From: Octopus vulgaris
Lineage: Eukaryota
Length of the DNA: 64,000 bases
Assembly: GCA_951406725.2 (NCBI GenBank)
Contig: OX597822.1
Span: forward strand, 53,072,001 to 53,136,000
Direction of reading: 5' to 3'
A program made the position numbers and the translations under genes. The notes beneath the pieces were generated by a model. It ran no database searches and had not been told where the DNA came from. It worked only from the letters and a program-made list of their open reading frames with translations. This document shows positions 37,392 through 53,230 of the stretch, in pieces. How positions within the stretch are numbered: the first letter of the stretch is position 1; each line of letters opens with the position of its first letter.

Positions 37392-38039
37392 ACAAAGGGT
37401 AAAATTAATCAATTAAGAAGTAATCAATAATTTCACTAAGTAGAATTCGGTGTGAAAAAAGGACCATTTCACGGCAAACTTAGGTAATACTAATAAAAGG
37501 GTTCAGCAAAGATTTGCTTCACCACACACCGAAGTTTAGAAATAGCAGCCAAAAATCCTAGATATTTCTTCTACTTTAAAAAGGGTCTCCCAGAGAAGCC
37601 AAAATACTTGAAGGTTATTCACACAGGCAGAGAGTAAAGCAACGAAAATCAATCAATGTGTATAAGATAGTGAGTATAAGTGTGTTCTTGTTATGAATTG
37701 TGTGGGAGTTCATCTACTGATGTCCTGTAAGCTGGTGGACACGGATATATGATATGCACCCACCCACACATAGAATGTACACACATCTTTAAACATACCC
37801 ATTACAACGTCCACTCATACACTCCAATATATATACAAGCAAGTGTTTATGCATATGTGTGCGCGTGTGTGTGTGTGCGCGCGGAAAGATAAAAGAGAGA
37901 AGAGAATAGAGAGAGAGAAAAGAGAGAGACTTCATGCTTTTGGCTCTGATGAAACTGTTAGGTGTTACTCAAGCGCACAGATATGAATACGAACCAATCA
38001 CATCTTGTGGTGGTAAAAGCTGTAAGCTAATAAAGTTCA

Positions 38040-39052
<1,013 letters not shown>

Positions 39053-39053
39053 T

Positions 39054-39156
<103 letters not shown>

Positions 39157-39164
39157 TTGTTTGA

Positions 39165-39830
39165 GTAAACTTTTAAAGGTGGAGCTCCAGAATGGCTTCG
39201 TTTCAATGACTGAAACGTGAGTTGCAGGAGATGTCCGAACACATCGAGCAGAGACCATAAACTCATGTCTCATCACCACTGATGAAGGTTTTCATATAGT
39301 CTGGGTCATTGTTTGCCTATCCAACATGGCATGAATGATTTCCATGCGAAGTTGCTTCTGTTTTTCCGCCAACACCTGAGGAACAAATTTTGCTGACACT
39401 CTCCACATACACAAATCCTCCATTAAAATGGAATACTCCGATCCTGTGCTTATTTCCACTTCCGGAGCAATTTCCTGGATTGTTACATAACGGTCTTCAT
39501 GACTATTTGCCGAATCTTCTCCAACGTTTGAGCCGTATTTGAAACGATTATACCACTCCTTGATCTGAGTTTCGCCCATGGCATCGTCGCCAAAGGTCTG
39601 CTGAATTTTCTGGCTGGTTTGAGCTTTAGTATCACCAAGCTTTTGGCAAAACTTTATGCAATATCTATGTTCTGTGCGTTCAGTGAAAACGACATTTCCG
39701 ACGTGTGCGCACTTCACAGGTGTACTCCAGGCGTAGCAGCCAGGAACTGACGCGACCTAGTGAGGCGAAAATTTTCACACGTGCGCAGAAAGGGTGGCTT
39801 TAGTTCACACCCAAAGGATTCACGCTCATA
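39165..39830 (-). mobile_element. mariner transposase remnant
   Basis: EHRYCIKFCQKLGDT..WYNRFK..RVSAKFVP..SGDET. Confidence 0.85.
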
Positions 39831-40139
39831 CTTACGGGTACACAAGCCTATAAAAATTATCCCTAATACAGTCACAATACCAGAAATGAAAGTGCTGAAT
39901 AGTTTATTATATTACCCAACAGTCCTTTACTGGAAGTTTATTTATCGACCCCATGAAGGATCAAGTGTAAATTTGACCCCCAGAATTGGCAGAAACATCT
40001 CCCCGTTAAAGATTTGTCTAGCGGTCCATCGATGCCGCCAATCTACGAAGTATATGTAAATGAACATATGTACACATAGATGTAGTCATACACATACACA
40101 CATATACATACATACATACATACTTACATACATACATAT

Positions 40140-40663
<524 letters not shown>

Positions 40664-40668
40664 ATATA

Positions 40669-40702
<34 letters not shown>

Positions 40703-40724
40703 GGCACGCACGCACAAGCACAGT

Positions 40725-40900
40725 TTTTTTAAAGAAAAAATGAGACACAAGTTTTAAACACAAAATGATTTAGTCAATCAATAATTACCGTTTCGTTCCA
40801 ATATCTTTTGTCATCTTATGGCCAGTTTCATTGCTCCCTACTCAAAGAATGTTCTGTCATTAGTGGCGCAAAACTCCTTCAAGTGAATTTTTGCATTCTC
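40725..40900 (-). mobile_element. mariner C-terminal remnant
   Basis: HLKEFCATNDRTFFE.GAMKLAIR.QKILERNGNY. Confidence 0.6.
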
Positions 40901-41018
40901 TTCAGACAATACTCTCTACAACTAGCAGGTGCTGAAGGCTTCTGGTAGATTGCCACGTTTGATCTGTCCAACAGGTCACATCTGAATAAAAAGCTCGTAA
41001 AAGACATATATATATATA

Positions 41019-41100
41019 CTGATGAGAAAAGTATAGATAATTGCTATGGTTGAAGTTAGCTCAGCCATAAGAACTTATATCTTCTCGAAACGGCCGTAAA
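41019..41100 (+). ncRNA. 5'-truncated hammerhead
   Basis: CUGAUGA, long stem II with UAUGGUUGA/UCAGCCAUA hairpin, GAA ACGGCCGU A; begins directly after (TA)n. Confidence 0.65.
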
Positions 41101-41415
41101 ATTTTGTAACTATTTAGGATTCCTCATGAATCATTTTATACTGTCCTTCTTATCTACCCTCCTCATTGATTCTAATACTGACATTCGGACTTCGCAAGTA
41201 TATCCATGTATTTATATTTATGTGTTTATGCATTTATGAATTTTTATGTGTTTGTAAATTTTTATATATATGTATGAACTTTTATATATTTATAAATCTT
41301 TGCATGTATATGCGTTTATAAATTCTTATAAATTTTTAGCATATCTCATATATGTAAACGTGTCTATGTATACTGTATACTGTGGAGAATTTCGATACGT
41401 TGAAATGGATTGAAT

Positions 41416-41479
<64 letters not shown>

Positions 41480-41502
41480 CATATGCATATTACTTTGTTG
41501 CC

Positions 41503-42165
41503 AATGAAATCAGGCGTCTGACCGGATGGATTCTTAGAACTTTCCGAACAGGAGACCAAGAAACCATGATGGTCCTCTGGAGTACATTTGTCCTAAGCCC
41601 TTTTGACTACCATACGGTGTGATTCTAACAGTGGAGCTACACGAAGAAGATAGTTTTAATGCAGTAAATTAGCTACTGGGAAAAAACTCAAGAGGTTAAG
41701 ACTTTTCTCCTTGGGGCGAAGACTGTAACTATGGAAGATTCTGGAAGATTCTTCGAGATGTACCTTGCAGCAAAGCTTTGGCGTTGAAAGTTATACTAAC
41801 ACCAGAACAAGGTGCCATTACATAGTGACCAAAATCCTTCTCCTACCGTACTAGACAGTACTAGATATTGCAATAGCTTGACATTCAGAGAGGGCACAGC
41901 TCTTCAATATCCTCCCGAAGGAACTCAAAGACCTACATGGTGTGTATGTAGATGTTTTCAAAATAGACTGGACCACCTATTGACAAGCGTCCTAGATGAG
42001 CCATCCTCATTGCAGGAAGCAGGAAGGAAGGCGGTAGCATCTAACACTATCATTAAGAAAATGCCAATTATTACATGATTATTAATGAAAGCGTACCAAC
42101 ACCAGTTGGTGATGTTGCAGCATGACCACAGCCCTTGAGCTGAAACTAGTAAAAGAATAAAAGAG
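41503..42165 (+). mobile_element. CR1-clade LINE 3' fragment
   Basis: RRLTGWILRTFRT..LWSTFVLS; RYCNSLTFR; tail GCTGAAACTAGTAAAAGA. Confidence 0.8.
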
Positions 42166-42359
42166 AAGACTAAAAGTCTATATAACTTCGAGAGTGAATA
42201 TGTATGTATATACTGGGGGTGAGAGGTGTTTTAGGACACTTAATCTTAAATATATTACTCTTTTCAAATCAATTATAAGAGTTTTTATATCTTCACAGGC
42301 TCCCGTAGCAGATAAAATGCTAACACAAAAAATGAGAAAAACATGCAATTATTTTTCCA

Positions 42360-42970
42360 TACATGCAGAACACGATTATTAGGAAAATGCCAACTTTCTG
42401 AACGTTGCAAAATCTTTTGTACATAAATTTCGGATAGAACTGGAAGCATTTAGTGAGAATGTAGCACAACGAAAAGAAAAAAGTAAAGAAACTCCAAACG
42501 TTCGTCTATTGTAAGGACACAACAATTCATCCATCAGGTTCAAAACACTATCGATGATGATATCGGAAAATCAATAAGGGCTATCGTCAAAACACTTTAG
42601 GTGTCGGAGTGGACTACCAGAACTGTGGTGCGTGAAGAGACAAGGAAACCGATTGTTGTGTGCATAGTAGTTACTTAACAACGTTCAGAGAACTCTCGCG
42701 AACATGAAAGCTTTGGATTTCTAATGAGATTCAAAGCTTCGACAAAGACCAAAAATCTAAAACGAAAAAGGACAGATGGTTATGTGCAGTTCCTTCTCAT
42801 ATCGCCAGAGTAATACACGCTAAGTTTCTAGCAATTCTTATGGTTTTAGAAGCAGTGAGCAACGACGGTCAAGTAATTGCCACCTTACATCTCTCCACGG
42901 GGTCTTAAAATTAATGCTGCTGTATACGCTGAAGATCTGGAGCCCGTTGAAAAATCCTAGATGGACCATG
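42360..42970 (+). mobile_element. Decayed maT-like transposase
   Basis: IDDDIGKSIRAI, FDKDQK..DRWL, MVLEAVSNDG, GLKINAAVY. Confidence 0.65.
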
Positions 42971-43847
42971 ATTATTACGTAATATGAAACATCATTAGCA
43001 TCATCCTAACGGGTGGTTAAGGAATAAATAACCCTCAGCCAGCAATAGTTATAGAGTATAATCAAAAGTGTGATTCATGGATAGCCAATCTTGTTGTTAA
43101 GACATCATGAAAGTTGAGTCTGTGTGAAGTAACTTGTTGAAGGCAATTAAGTTACAGAGATATGAGAGGCACATTTTAAATCATTGAAGAAATATGAAGT
43201 ATTATAGATAAAATTCTCTTTATTCAGCACATTGTTTTTCTCCCCCCCCCTTCTCTCTCTCTTTCTCTCCTCTGATCTCTGTATCCTACAACATTCTATT
43301 TCTTATCATTTTAATTACTTTCCCACGCTCCTTTTCCCTTTTCCTCTTTTTCGCTATCTTCCTTCTTATCTCTTTATTTCTCCCTTTCTCTCTCTCTCTC
43401 TCTCACACACACACCCTTTTGTTTACTTTCACTTTCTCTTTCCTTCCCCCCTTTTTCTTTCCTATAAACATTTTCCATCTCTCTATCCCCGCCATCCTGT
43501 TCTTTCTCTCTCTCACACATACATACATATACAAACAGCACTTCTTAACTCTCTTTTCCCCTCCTAGCAGGGTCAATAATAGATTGTTAAGAAATCAATA
43601 TATTCATTTAATTATTTATGAAACAACCAAAAAACAGCTTAATAATCTGCCATATTTATTTTCATACTTATAAATTAAATTCTTTTTTCTCTTCCCTTTT
43701 ATCGGTTTCTTTTTCATTTTTATGTAATTTTAAAATAAATTCAAATTACACAATCAAAAATATGAAAGGGACGAAAAGAAGAAGCAAAGGAAGGAGAAGA
43801 AGAGAGAGAGAGAGAGAGAGAGAGAGATAAAAAGAGAAATGAAAATA

Positions 43848-43889
<42 letters not shown>

Positions 43890-46627
43890 AAAAAGAGAAA
43901 TGAAAATACCAAGAGAGAGAGAGAGAGAGAGAGAGAAGGGATTTTTATCTGATTAAAATATAAATCTTCCTATAAGAATTATCTGATTCCTATACACCCA
44001 ATTAATATTCGTTAATCCAGATGATTGCTTCACTTCTTTGCTATCCACATGTATTTCATAGTAAGGTTGTTGCTATTGATGCTCTTTTTAAACTTGTGCC
44101 CTTTGATAATCGGTATTAAGAAAATAATCGGACCCACGCAACTAGAAAGATAATGCTAGTTTATGTTATTTTGCAAATGAGCAAACTGAATGAGATATAC
44201 TATAGTCTTTCATTTCAGATTGTTTATTTATATTTATCCATAAATGCCTGGGTGAACCGGGTATTTATTTATATTTATTACATTTTCAACTTTAGACATT
44301 AATATATTTTTTGCAATGGTGTTTCTTAATGCAAACCATTCAATTTTTCAGTTTTTTTTTTCTTCGCATGGTATATACATGATAGATCCATGTTCAACCA
44401 TTTAGTTCAATCGAGTTAGCTCTGAGTCAGACACTCAGACAAGACTCACAACCAGTTTCCGTGTCTTCTCAAGGAATCGCCACCCTTTACTCTTCATTGT
44501 GTTGCCAAAACAGCTAAACATACTTGTCGATTCTCCCCTCTCTTTTCTACTCCAGCCTCAGCACATCCCTTGACAAACTCCTTACCCTATACCTGTCCGA
44601 GACATAATAAAATCTGTCTGATATTGAGGTTACACTCTTTATCCAAATTTCATTCTGGAAAATGGTATCTGCGTATAAATAGATACCATCTTGTCACACA
44701 CCGGCCTTATCTAGATATCAGCAACAAACGCTTCCAGTTCGACTTGCTCAATGTCACCTATCCCTATTCATTCAAATACATCTTCTGCTAGCGTTTATCA
44801 AATTCCCCGGCCACTGACACTACTTAAACCTGATCTGCTACAGCATTGAAGAGATCTTTCTCACTTCACACTCTCCTCTTCTCAGTAAATTCAATGTTCG
44901 TAAATTCCCATGTTTCTTACACTCATCTCATATTGATGACGTCAGTCCAGAAACTGAATCGTGTGGAATCCTTTTTGTTCCTTGCATACCGTTCTGATTG
45001 ATCCACAAACATTCTAAATAAATTTGATTTCTTTCTCACTTTCTATCAAACCATAACCGTCCTTGCACCTAATGGGCCGTCCAAATATTGAGATATTGCA
45101 ACTATACACATCCATATATTACACAAAAGCCTCGATTATGAATTGTAAGGAACTTCAAATAAGCTGAAAGGTCGGAGCAGGACCAGTCTTATGTTAACTA
45201 TCCCTGGCAGTACATGAACTTTCCCTTGCCCTATCAGAAGCACTTAAGTGCATGATGCACCATCATTTTAAGAGCATCTAACCTCCATACACACAACAAA
45301 AACCCAAAACTGATTCATTACCTTCAACTCTTTAACCTTCCAAACTTCGACATTCTGATTCCATTTCTAGCAACTTTGCATAATCTTCTTTTTCTCACTT
45401 CTTAATATTGGTGGTTCTAGGAGCAGTACTCCCACATTTCTATAGAGAAATGCTCCACGATCATTACTCATTTTGTATCTAAGGCCACACAGCATACACT
45501 CTGTATAATCTCCTCCAAATATGTCCCCTTCCATGCCACTTGGTGACAGGAAATATATTTAAGACCAGATGTTATAGGCAATGGAGTTAGCAACCTTTTA
45601 ACTCAAGCAGGAATCTTTAATTGGTCTTCTGAAAATTATTCAAAGATAAATGGTAACTTGTGCTAGACCTTAGATATAACATGGATTAAATCTCTTTATG
45701 TTTACATACAAGCATTTTTACAATAGAAAAACATAAAGAAGCTAGGTTCTTATCTTTGCTTAACAGAAAATCTTTCAGAATTATCTCAGAACAGTAACAA
45801 TGTAATGAAAAATATTCTCTTAATACTAGGTCAAAAACGAAACGTCAGCTATTAAATTTTATGAAGATATATTAGCCGTAGAAATGTTCGCGAGAGGCTT
45901 GGGAAATCTTTTTTTTTTCTATATTTCATTTTAATATTGTTTTTCGTGTTCCTTCTCCTTGCCTCTCACTTTTGTCTTATTTTATGCTGCAGACTACTTT
46001 ATTTTATTACACATAGCTTTATGGTGAAAAGCGACTTACGAGCACAGTTTGAAAGTTAACAATATTGTTTTCATTATAAATGCAACCATGTGAATTTCTC
46101 TATATTCTTATAGCATGAATAACGTTTTATGAATGGCCAAAAACGGGAATTTATAGTGAGAAAGTGTTTCAATTTATGTATTCTACACAAGTCATTTTGC
46201 TCAGAAAAATTTCCAGCATTGTTTAACTCGTCGCCATCGCTAGCAGAATAAAATTTAGAAAACAACTCAACGCTTGTAGAAGAATCATACATTCATATGT
46301 GACACAAACATAAACACATACGTATAGCACTTAGAGCTAAGACAGCCATACCAGACACTTTAACACACACACACACACACATACACACACACAAATACAC
46401 ACACACACACACACTTCTAATGAAAACCTGTATTTAATAAGAGAAATGTAAGTTATATTTTGTTTGCACAAACATCCAACAAACAGATTTCGTCTGCATA
46501 ATAAATTTCTTCACTCACTTTTAAGTGATATGAATAAAATTTGTTTTGAACACATTTCTCTTTAGCTCTCTAGATCATACCTTCTCCCTCTCTTTCACTC
46601 TCTTTCTTTCTTTATCTCTCTCTCTCT

Positions 46628-46674
<47 letters not shown>

Positions 46675-46859
46675 ACCGCAATTAACTGGCAATTTAACTG
46701 GCCGTGTGCATACGTACATATGTATGTATGTATGGGCGTTCGTATATGTAAGTATATCGTTTGTTCTGCATATATATATCTGTATTTATGTACCCTTGAT
46801 ATATTCAATTGATGACGGTAAAGCTTATTTAAAGCAAAACCAGAAATCCTGGATCTTGA

Positions 46860-46995
46860 ATTATTCAATAACTTTTGCTGGTATATTTTGTCCCTCTGTC
46901 TTATCTCATAGTACGATATGAACACTTAACGTGGTTTTTATAGTCAGAATTTCGACTGCTATTTCGGCATGTTGGTGTCTCTCAGACACCCTCAT

Positions 46996-47004
<9 letters not shown>
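46860..47004 (+). repeat. Family X single arm
   Basis: Matches 58253-58343. Confidence 0.7.
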
Positions 47005-47042
<38 letters not shown>

Positions 47043-47059
47043 TATGGGGTGGGGTTGTA

Positions 47060-47600
47060 ACTTCTAGCAAAGTGGCCAGGAAGCCATAATGATCTTCTGG
47101 AGGACTTTTGTCCAAAGCCGTCGAGACTATTGCTCCCGTTTATGCTCATATATACAGTATCAAATTAATAGCGGAACTCGAAGCAGTCCAGCGAAGCTAC
47201 AGGAAGATAGCCTCCGTGCAACAAATTAGTAACTGGAGAAAACTCAAGAAGTTAATAATTTACACCTTGGAATGCAGTGAGAAAAATATACAGCAATACA
47301 CAATTGGGAGATCCTGGATAAACTTGTCATACATTCCATAGTATATAAAACCCCTCTTATGCCGTCGAAACAAACGACCAGATACTGCAATAGCTTGATA
47401 TTCAAGGGACACCAGCACTTCAATATCCTACTGAAGGAGCTGAGAGATCTCCATCACGTTCATGTAAACGACTTCAACATTAAACTAGATATCATACTAT
47501 CGAAACTCCTAGATGAGTCCACTTCAAGGCTGGATGTAGGGACGCGGGTAGCAACATCAAATTCCTTCATTAGGCCAATGCTAAACATGCACTCTCCTGC
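47060..47600 (+). mobile_element. CR1-clade LINE 3' fragment
   Basis: LIAELEAVQRSY..TRYCNSLIFKG..DLHHVHVNDFNIKLD. Confidence 0.78.
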
Positions 47601-47720
47601 CTTTGAAAGAACTTTTTCTTCACCAATTCCCTTCCGATCATTCAATATGTGACGGTGTGTGTATCGCTGGCGATTTTTTTTCCTCCGTCTTCCCTTCCTT
47701 GGATCTTACCTTTTTCTATG

Positions 47721-47753
47721 TTTCTGACGAAGAGCTTCGCTCGAAACGTTAAA
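47721..47753 (+). ncRNA. Minimal hammerhead with palindromic stem III
   Basis: UUU CUGACGA A GAGC UUC GCUC GAAAC GUU AAA. Confidence 0.7.
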
Positions 47754-47839
47754 TCCGCCTTCTTTTCCTGAGCGTCGAATAACACTATACTTGTTCCACG
47801 TCCTCGCGTTGTTGCGTTTTCAGGTTTGGGTTAACTATA

Positions 47840-47870
<31 letters not shown>

Positions 47871-47874
47871 TCAA

Positions 47875-48690
47875 GTAGTGAGATTTTGTTGGGTGAGTTG
47901 TATCCAATTATGGGTGGCTTATCTGGTATCCAATTATGGGTGGTTTGAAGGAATCTATCCAGACTCCGTTTAAAGTTGATGGGATCCTTTTCCTCTTTGA
48001 TCTCTTTAGGGACAATGTTAAATAGGGCAGGGCCTGTTGAGGAAAAGAAATTATGTTGCAGTGTACATGTATGCTGTGATCTTGAATTGGGCAGGGGACG
48101 TATGGCCCGTGGTCCCAGTCTTGGATGAACCTTGAAGCTAATGTTCAGGTCGTTTGGGCAAAGTTGGCGGTATATTCTCCACATCGTACAAATGATGTAC
48201 CGCTCACGGCGACGCTGGAGAGAGTAGTCTTTCAAGGCTTTAAGGCGATCCCAATAATCGAGAGCAGCCATGCCTTCAATTTGTTTAGTGAGTGCCCTCT
48301 GGGGTGATTCAATCCTCGAGATGTTTTGTCTTTTATGGGGAGACTACAGTGGGCAGCAGTATTCGAGGTGTGGCCGTACAAATGAGGAGAAAAGTGGTAC
48401 GATGACACCCTGTTCTCTGGACCGGAAAGTTCTTAAGATCCAGGAACTCATCCTACGAGCTATATCGACCTTATTGTTGATGTGTGCACTCCAACTGAGA
48501 TCGTCATCAACAATTATACCCATGTCTCTGATATTGTTAGAGGCTGTGAGCGGCTCCCCTGAAGGAAGAGAGTATGGCTGTTTTAGTGAGAAATTTCTTC
48601 CAAAATGCATCAGCTCAAATTTTCCCTCGTTCAGTTGCATTTTGTTTCTGTCTGCCCATTGACTCACAGCATATAGATCAGACTGGAGTT
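47875..48690 (-). mobile_element. CR1-clade LINE RT C-terminal fragment
   Basis: WADRNKMQLNEGKF..RDMGIIVDDDLSW..VRPHLEYC; YWDRLKALKDYSLQRRRERY. Confidence 0.9.
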
Positions 48691-48737
48691 GAAAATATAT
48701 ATATATATATATATATATTCATACCTACCTACATACA

Positions 48738-48772
<35 letters not shown>

Positions 48773-48788
48773 GTGTTTGTGTGATTGT

Positions 48789-49127
48789 GTATGGGGAGAG
48801 TAATTCTCTTTTAGCGCCTTATTATTTAATACACGCACCAGTTCTATTTCCACTCATTTACTTATTTATTTTTTCTAAAATTTTCCTTGCCGCATGCAAT
48901 CTTTTCAATAGTTGTTGACTCTGTCCGTAATCAGAGCAGAAAGACTCAATGACTATTGAAAAATGTTGCAAGACGCAACGAAAATTTTAGAAAAGAAAAA
49001 AAAAAGAAAATGACTGGAAATTAAAGTGGTGAATGTGCTAAATGATAAGGCACTAAATGACAATGAATCTCCCCAGACACAATAAAATATGCTTCAACAT
49101 ACAAATTCACATAAAGAATCTTGCAAA

Positions 49128-49130
<3 letters not shown>
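48789..49130. mobile_element. Foldback insertion with U3-A8 hammerhead variant
   Basis: Diverged inverted arms ~48789-48920 and ~48945-49080 plus a right extension. Confidence 0.6.
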
Positions 49131-49191
<61 letters not shown>

Positions 49192-49197
49192 GTATAC

Positions 49198-49228
<31 letters not shown>

Positions 49229-49247
49229 TATAGATAGAGAGAGAGAG

Positions 49248-49324
<77 letters not shown>

Positions 49325-49342
49325 TGATAGATAGATAGATAG

Positions 49343-49386
<44 letters not shown>

Positions 49387-49414
49387 CACGTATATATATA
49401 TATATATGTATATG

Positions 49415-49714
49415 TGGAGGCGCAATGGCCTAGTGGTTAGGGCAGCGGACTCGCGGTCGTAGGATCGTGGTTTCGATTCCCAGACCGGGCGTTGTGAGTG
49501 TTTATTGAGCGAAAAACACCTAAAAGCTTCACGAGGCTCCGGCAGGGGGTGGTGATCCCTGCTGTACTCTTTCACCAATCTTTCTCTCACTCTTCTGTTG
49601 GCCTGCTCGCTTAGCCAGCGGGGTGGCGTCATTCGAAGGCTAAAACAATGCGAACGCATGTGACCAGCGATGTGTAAAACACATGATGGTCTGGTCAGTC
49701 ACGTGATCACGTGA
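49415..49714 (+). mobile_element. SINE family B (tail type 2)
   Basis: Same head as 13130 with a different tail ending TCACGTGATCACGTGA. Confidence 0.9.
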
Positions 49715-49787
49715 TATATATATATGTATATATATATATACGTATATATATATATATGTATATATATATATACGTATATATATTCGC

Positions 49788-49821
<34 letters not shown>

Positions 49822-50392
49822 ATTCATATCGTAAATATGAGGGTAATAAAGTAAGATAATTTATTACACTCATAATATAATAATTTATTACCAGTGGCTA
49901 GCATGCATAAATAAAAGTCATAAGACATAAAATATTTATATAAACATAAAATGGATAAAATATTTTTATACTCAGAGAGGAGACCTTCGACTTAGCTTCT
50001 TACATGCTAGAAAGAGCAGTTAAAACCCAAACTGCGAAAAAAAAAATTAAATTCATGGAGCATGCTGTTATAACACGAGAACTACCAAACACTAAATGAG
50101 TCATTCTCGAACTCGAGTTTCTCTATCATTTGGCCAATGAACTAATTTGGAATCTGTAGATCGACAGCGAGATCGCTAACTAATGAATAATTATAAAGTT
50201 GCAAACACGCGCCGAAGTCACGTGCGGCAAGACAGCAACGTCTTTATCCGTTATGGATTCGAACTTAGCGAGCAAGCGTAAATATATAACCCAGCAGTAA
50301 ATCTCTCCTCTTTGTGTATAAAAATATTCTATACACTTTATATTCTTAAATATATATATATATATATTCACAAACACACACGCGCGCGTCCA

Positions 50393-50504
<112 letters not shown>

Positions 50505-50639
50505 CATATACGTATATATATATACACGTATATATATATATATATATATATATACGTATGTATATATATATACATATACAAGCATACATATACATATATA
50601 CGTATATGTATACATATATATATACATGTATATATATAC

Positions 50640-50677
<38 letters not shown>

Positions 50678-50679
50678 GT

Positions 50680-51035
50680 ATAGTAGCTGTGTGGTAAGTA
50701 GCTTGCTTACGAACCACATGGTTCTGGGTTCAGTCCCACTGTGTGACACCTTGGGCAAGTGTCTTCTACTATAGTCTCGGGCCGACCAAAGCCTTGTGAG
50801 TGGACTTGGTAGACGGAAACTAAATATGTGTGTGTGTGTTTGTTTGTCGCCCCAACATCGCTTGACAACCGATGCTAGTGTGTTTACGTCCCCGTAACTT
50901 TACGGCTCGGCAAAAGAGACCGACAGAAAAATGTAATAGACTTACAAGGAATAAATGTCCTGGGATCGATTTGCTCAACTAAAAGCAGTGCTGCAGCATG
51001 GCCGTAGTCAAAATGACTGCAACAAGTAAAAGAAT
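50680..51035 (+). mobile_element. SINE family A
   Basis: Head, core and tail match. Confidence 0.87.
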
Positions 51036-51058
51036 ATACCGTATATATATATATATAT

Positions 51059-51234
51059 GTAGGTCCCGGGTTGAGTCGGGGTTAACCACAGTAAATAAGG
51101 TACTCAATACATAGCAGAGTAAATTAATTTATTATATAGAAGGAGTTCTACAGGACTAGAACTGTTTCATTCAAAAGAAATCATCTGATGATTTCTTTTG
51201 AATGAAACAGTTCTAGTCCTGTAGAAGCTCCTTC

Positions 51235-51242
<8 letters not shown>
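51059..51242. mobile_element. Mini palindromic copy of the 31567 element
   Basis: Same GTAGGTCCCGGG extension; fold-back centred on the CTG of the hammerhead core at 51185-51187. Confidence 0.78.
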
Positions 51243-51288
<46 letters not shown>

Positions 51289-51290
<2 letters not shown>

Positions 51291-51681
51291 TTTTACTCTT
51301 TTACTTGTTTCAGTCATTTGACTGCGGCCATGGTGGAGCACCGCCTTTAGTTGAGCAACTCGACCCCAGGACTTATTCTTTGTAAGCCCAGTACTTATTC
51401 TATCGGTCTCTTTTGCCGAACGCTAAGTGACGGGGACATAAACACACCAGCATCAGTTGTCAAACTATGCTAGACACGCAAACACACACGCACACACATA
51501 TATATATATATACATATATACGACGGGCTTCTTTCAGTTTCCGTCTACCAAATCCACTCACAAGGCATTGGTCGGCCCGAGGCTATAGTAGAAGCCACTT
51601 GCCCAAGGTGCCGCGCAGTGGGACTGAACCCGGAACCATGTGGTTGGTAAGCAAGCTACTTACCACACAGCCACTCCTGCG

Positions 51682-51685
<4 letters not shown>
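51289..51685 (-). mobile_element. SINE family A
   Basis: Full-length reverse-complement match. Confidence 0.9.
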
Positions 51686-51719
<34 letters not shown>

Positions 51720-52037
51720 TGCAGCTGAAGGAAGAGGTCTGGACCGTAAAAATCCAGACGTCCATATAAATATTGTAGCCTTTGTCAAACATTAACCTGT
51801 ATAAACACACACACACACACACACACACGTTAACGAAGGCTGCTATAAGCAATATAAAACCAAAAAGAAAATTTCAATTGTCAATAATTGTGACTGACAT
51901 TGCTAGAAATAAAAGCTCATCAGTGATGACTATATATATGACGGGCTTCTTTCAGTTTCCGTCTACCAAATTCACACCAAAGACTTTGGTCGTCCTAAAG
52001 CTACTGTAGAAGACACTTCCACAAGGTGCCGTGCAGT

Positions 52038-52079
<42 letters not shown>

Positions 52080-52092
52080 ATAATATAATATA

Positions 52093-52140
<48 letters not shown>

Positions 52141-52142
<2 letters not shown>

Positions 52143-52446
52143 AGACGCAATGGCCCAGTGGTTAGGGCAGCGGACTCGCGGTTGTAAGATCACGGTTTCG
52201 ATTCCCAGAACGGGCGTTGTGAGTGTTTATTGAGCGAAAACACCTAAAGCTCCACGCGGCTCCGGAAGGGGGTGGTGGTGATCCCTGCTGTACTCTTTCA
52301 CCACAACTTTCTCTCACTCTTTCTTCTGTTGGCCTGCTCGCTTAGCCAGTGGGATGGCGTCATTTGAAGGCTAAATCAGTGCCAAGCGCATTGTGACCAG
52401 CGATGTGTAGCAACACATCATAGCCAGGTCGGTCACGGTGATCACG

Positions 52447-52451
<5 letters not shown>
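52141..52451 (+). mobile_element. SINE family B (tail type 2)
   Basis: Matches 49415-49714. Confidence 0.9.
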
Positions 52452-52484
<33 letters not shown>

Positions 52485-52789
52485 TGCGCGTATGATTGTT
52501 ATTTTACATAATGTATTTAGCTATTTATATATGCTTATATGTTTCCATTTCACACTTACTTGAATATGTCTACGCTCTTCTAAATTACATCATGATCGAG
52601 ATACTTCGTGTATTCATATATTGTTAACCCTTTTGCAAATTTATACAAAGTTACACTTAATTTTGCTGTGTTATATCAATTTATACTCATCAAAATTAAA
52701 TATAATTTTGTATAGCATTCCGCCGAAGTAGCTTACATATAATAATTTTCTTTTACATCGTTTTTGCCTGTAAGTTGTGGTCATACTGG

Positions 52790-53230
52790 GGGTACTGCCG
52801 TTGCTGTTGCTACACTTTTATTGACCCTCCTCTTTTAGCATTTTATGAATGAGGGAGTTCGAAATTGCTACCCTCAGTTATGTCTGTTGCTACGAAGAAG
52901 GCTTATCTGAAATTTCAGACAGGTGCTTCGTAAAGATATCTACATCCATACCATGTAAGTCTCACATATCTTTCCGTAGCATATTGCAAAGCTCTAAGCC
53001 TTTCAACTTAAATCTGGTTGGCGATGATGGCGTCTTTGGTAGTATGCAGTAGCGCCTTGTTCGAGAATTAGTTAAGCTCCCAATAGCAAAGTTTGTTGCA
53101 AGTCCTTTCAGGATCTTCCATACATATACTACTGCGTATCTTTCCCATTTTTGCTATAGGAAAGAGAGTCTTAACTTTTCAACCATTTCCAGCAGCTGAT
53201 CTGTTGCATTGAAGCAATGTTTCTGAAGCC
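52790..53230 (-). mobile_element. Decayed CR1-clade LINE 3' fragment
   Basis: ERYAVVYVWKILKGL..DLHGMDVDIF..SNSLIH. Confidence 0.7.

Noticed and set aside
37941-38030. CTGATGA hammerhead-like start (also 16531 and ~54685)
   Set aside because: No complete GAAA/stem III/stem I set
44400-45560. Possible very old LINE endonuclease region
   Set aside because: Motifs too decayed to support
46040-46089. MVAFIMKTILLTFKLC plus gtaagt as a first exon
   Set aside because: No phase-compatible downstream exon found
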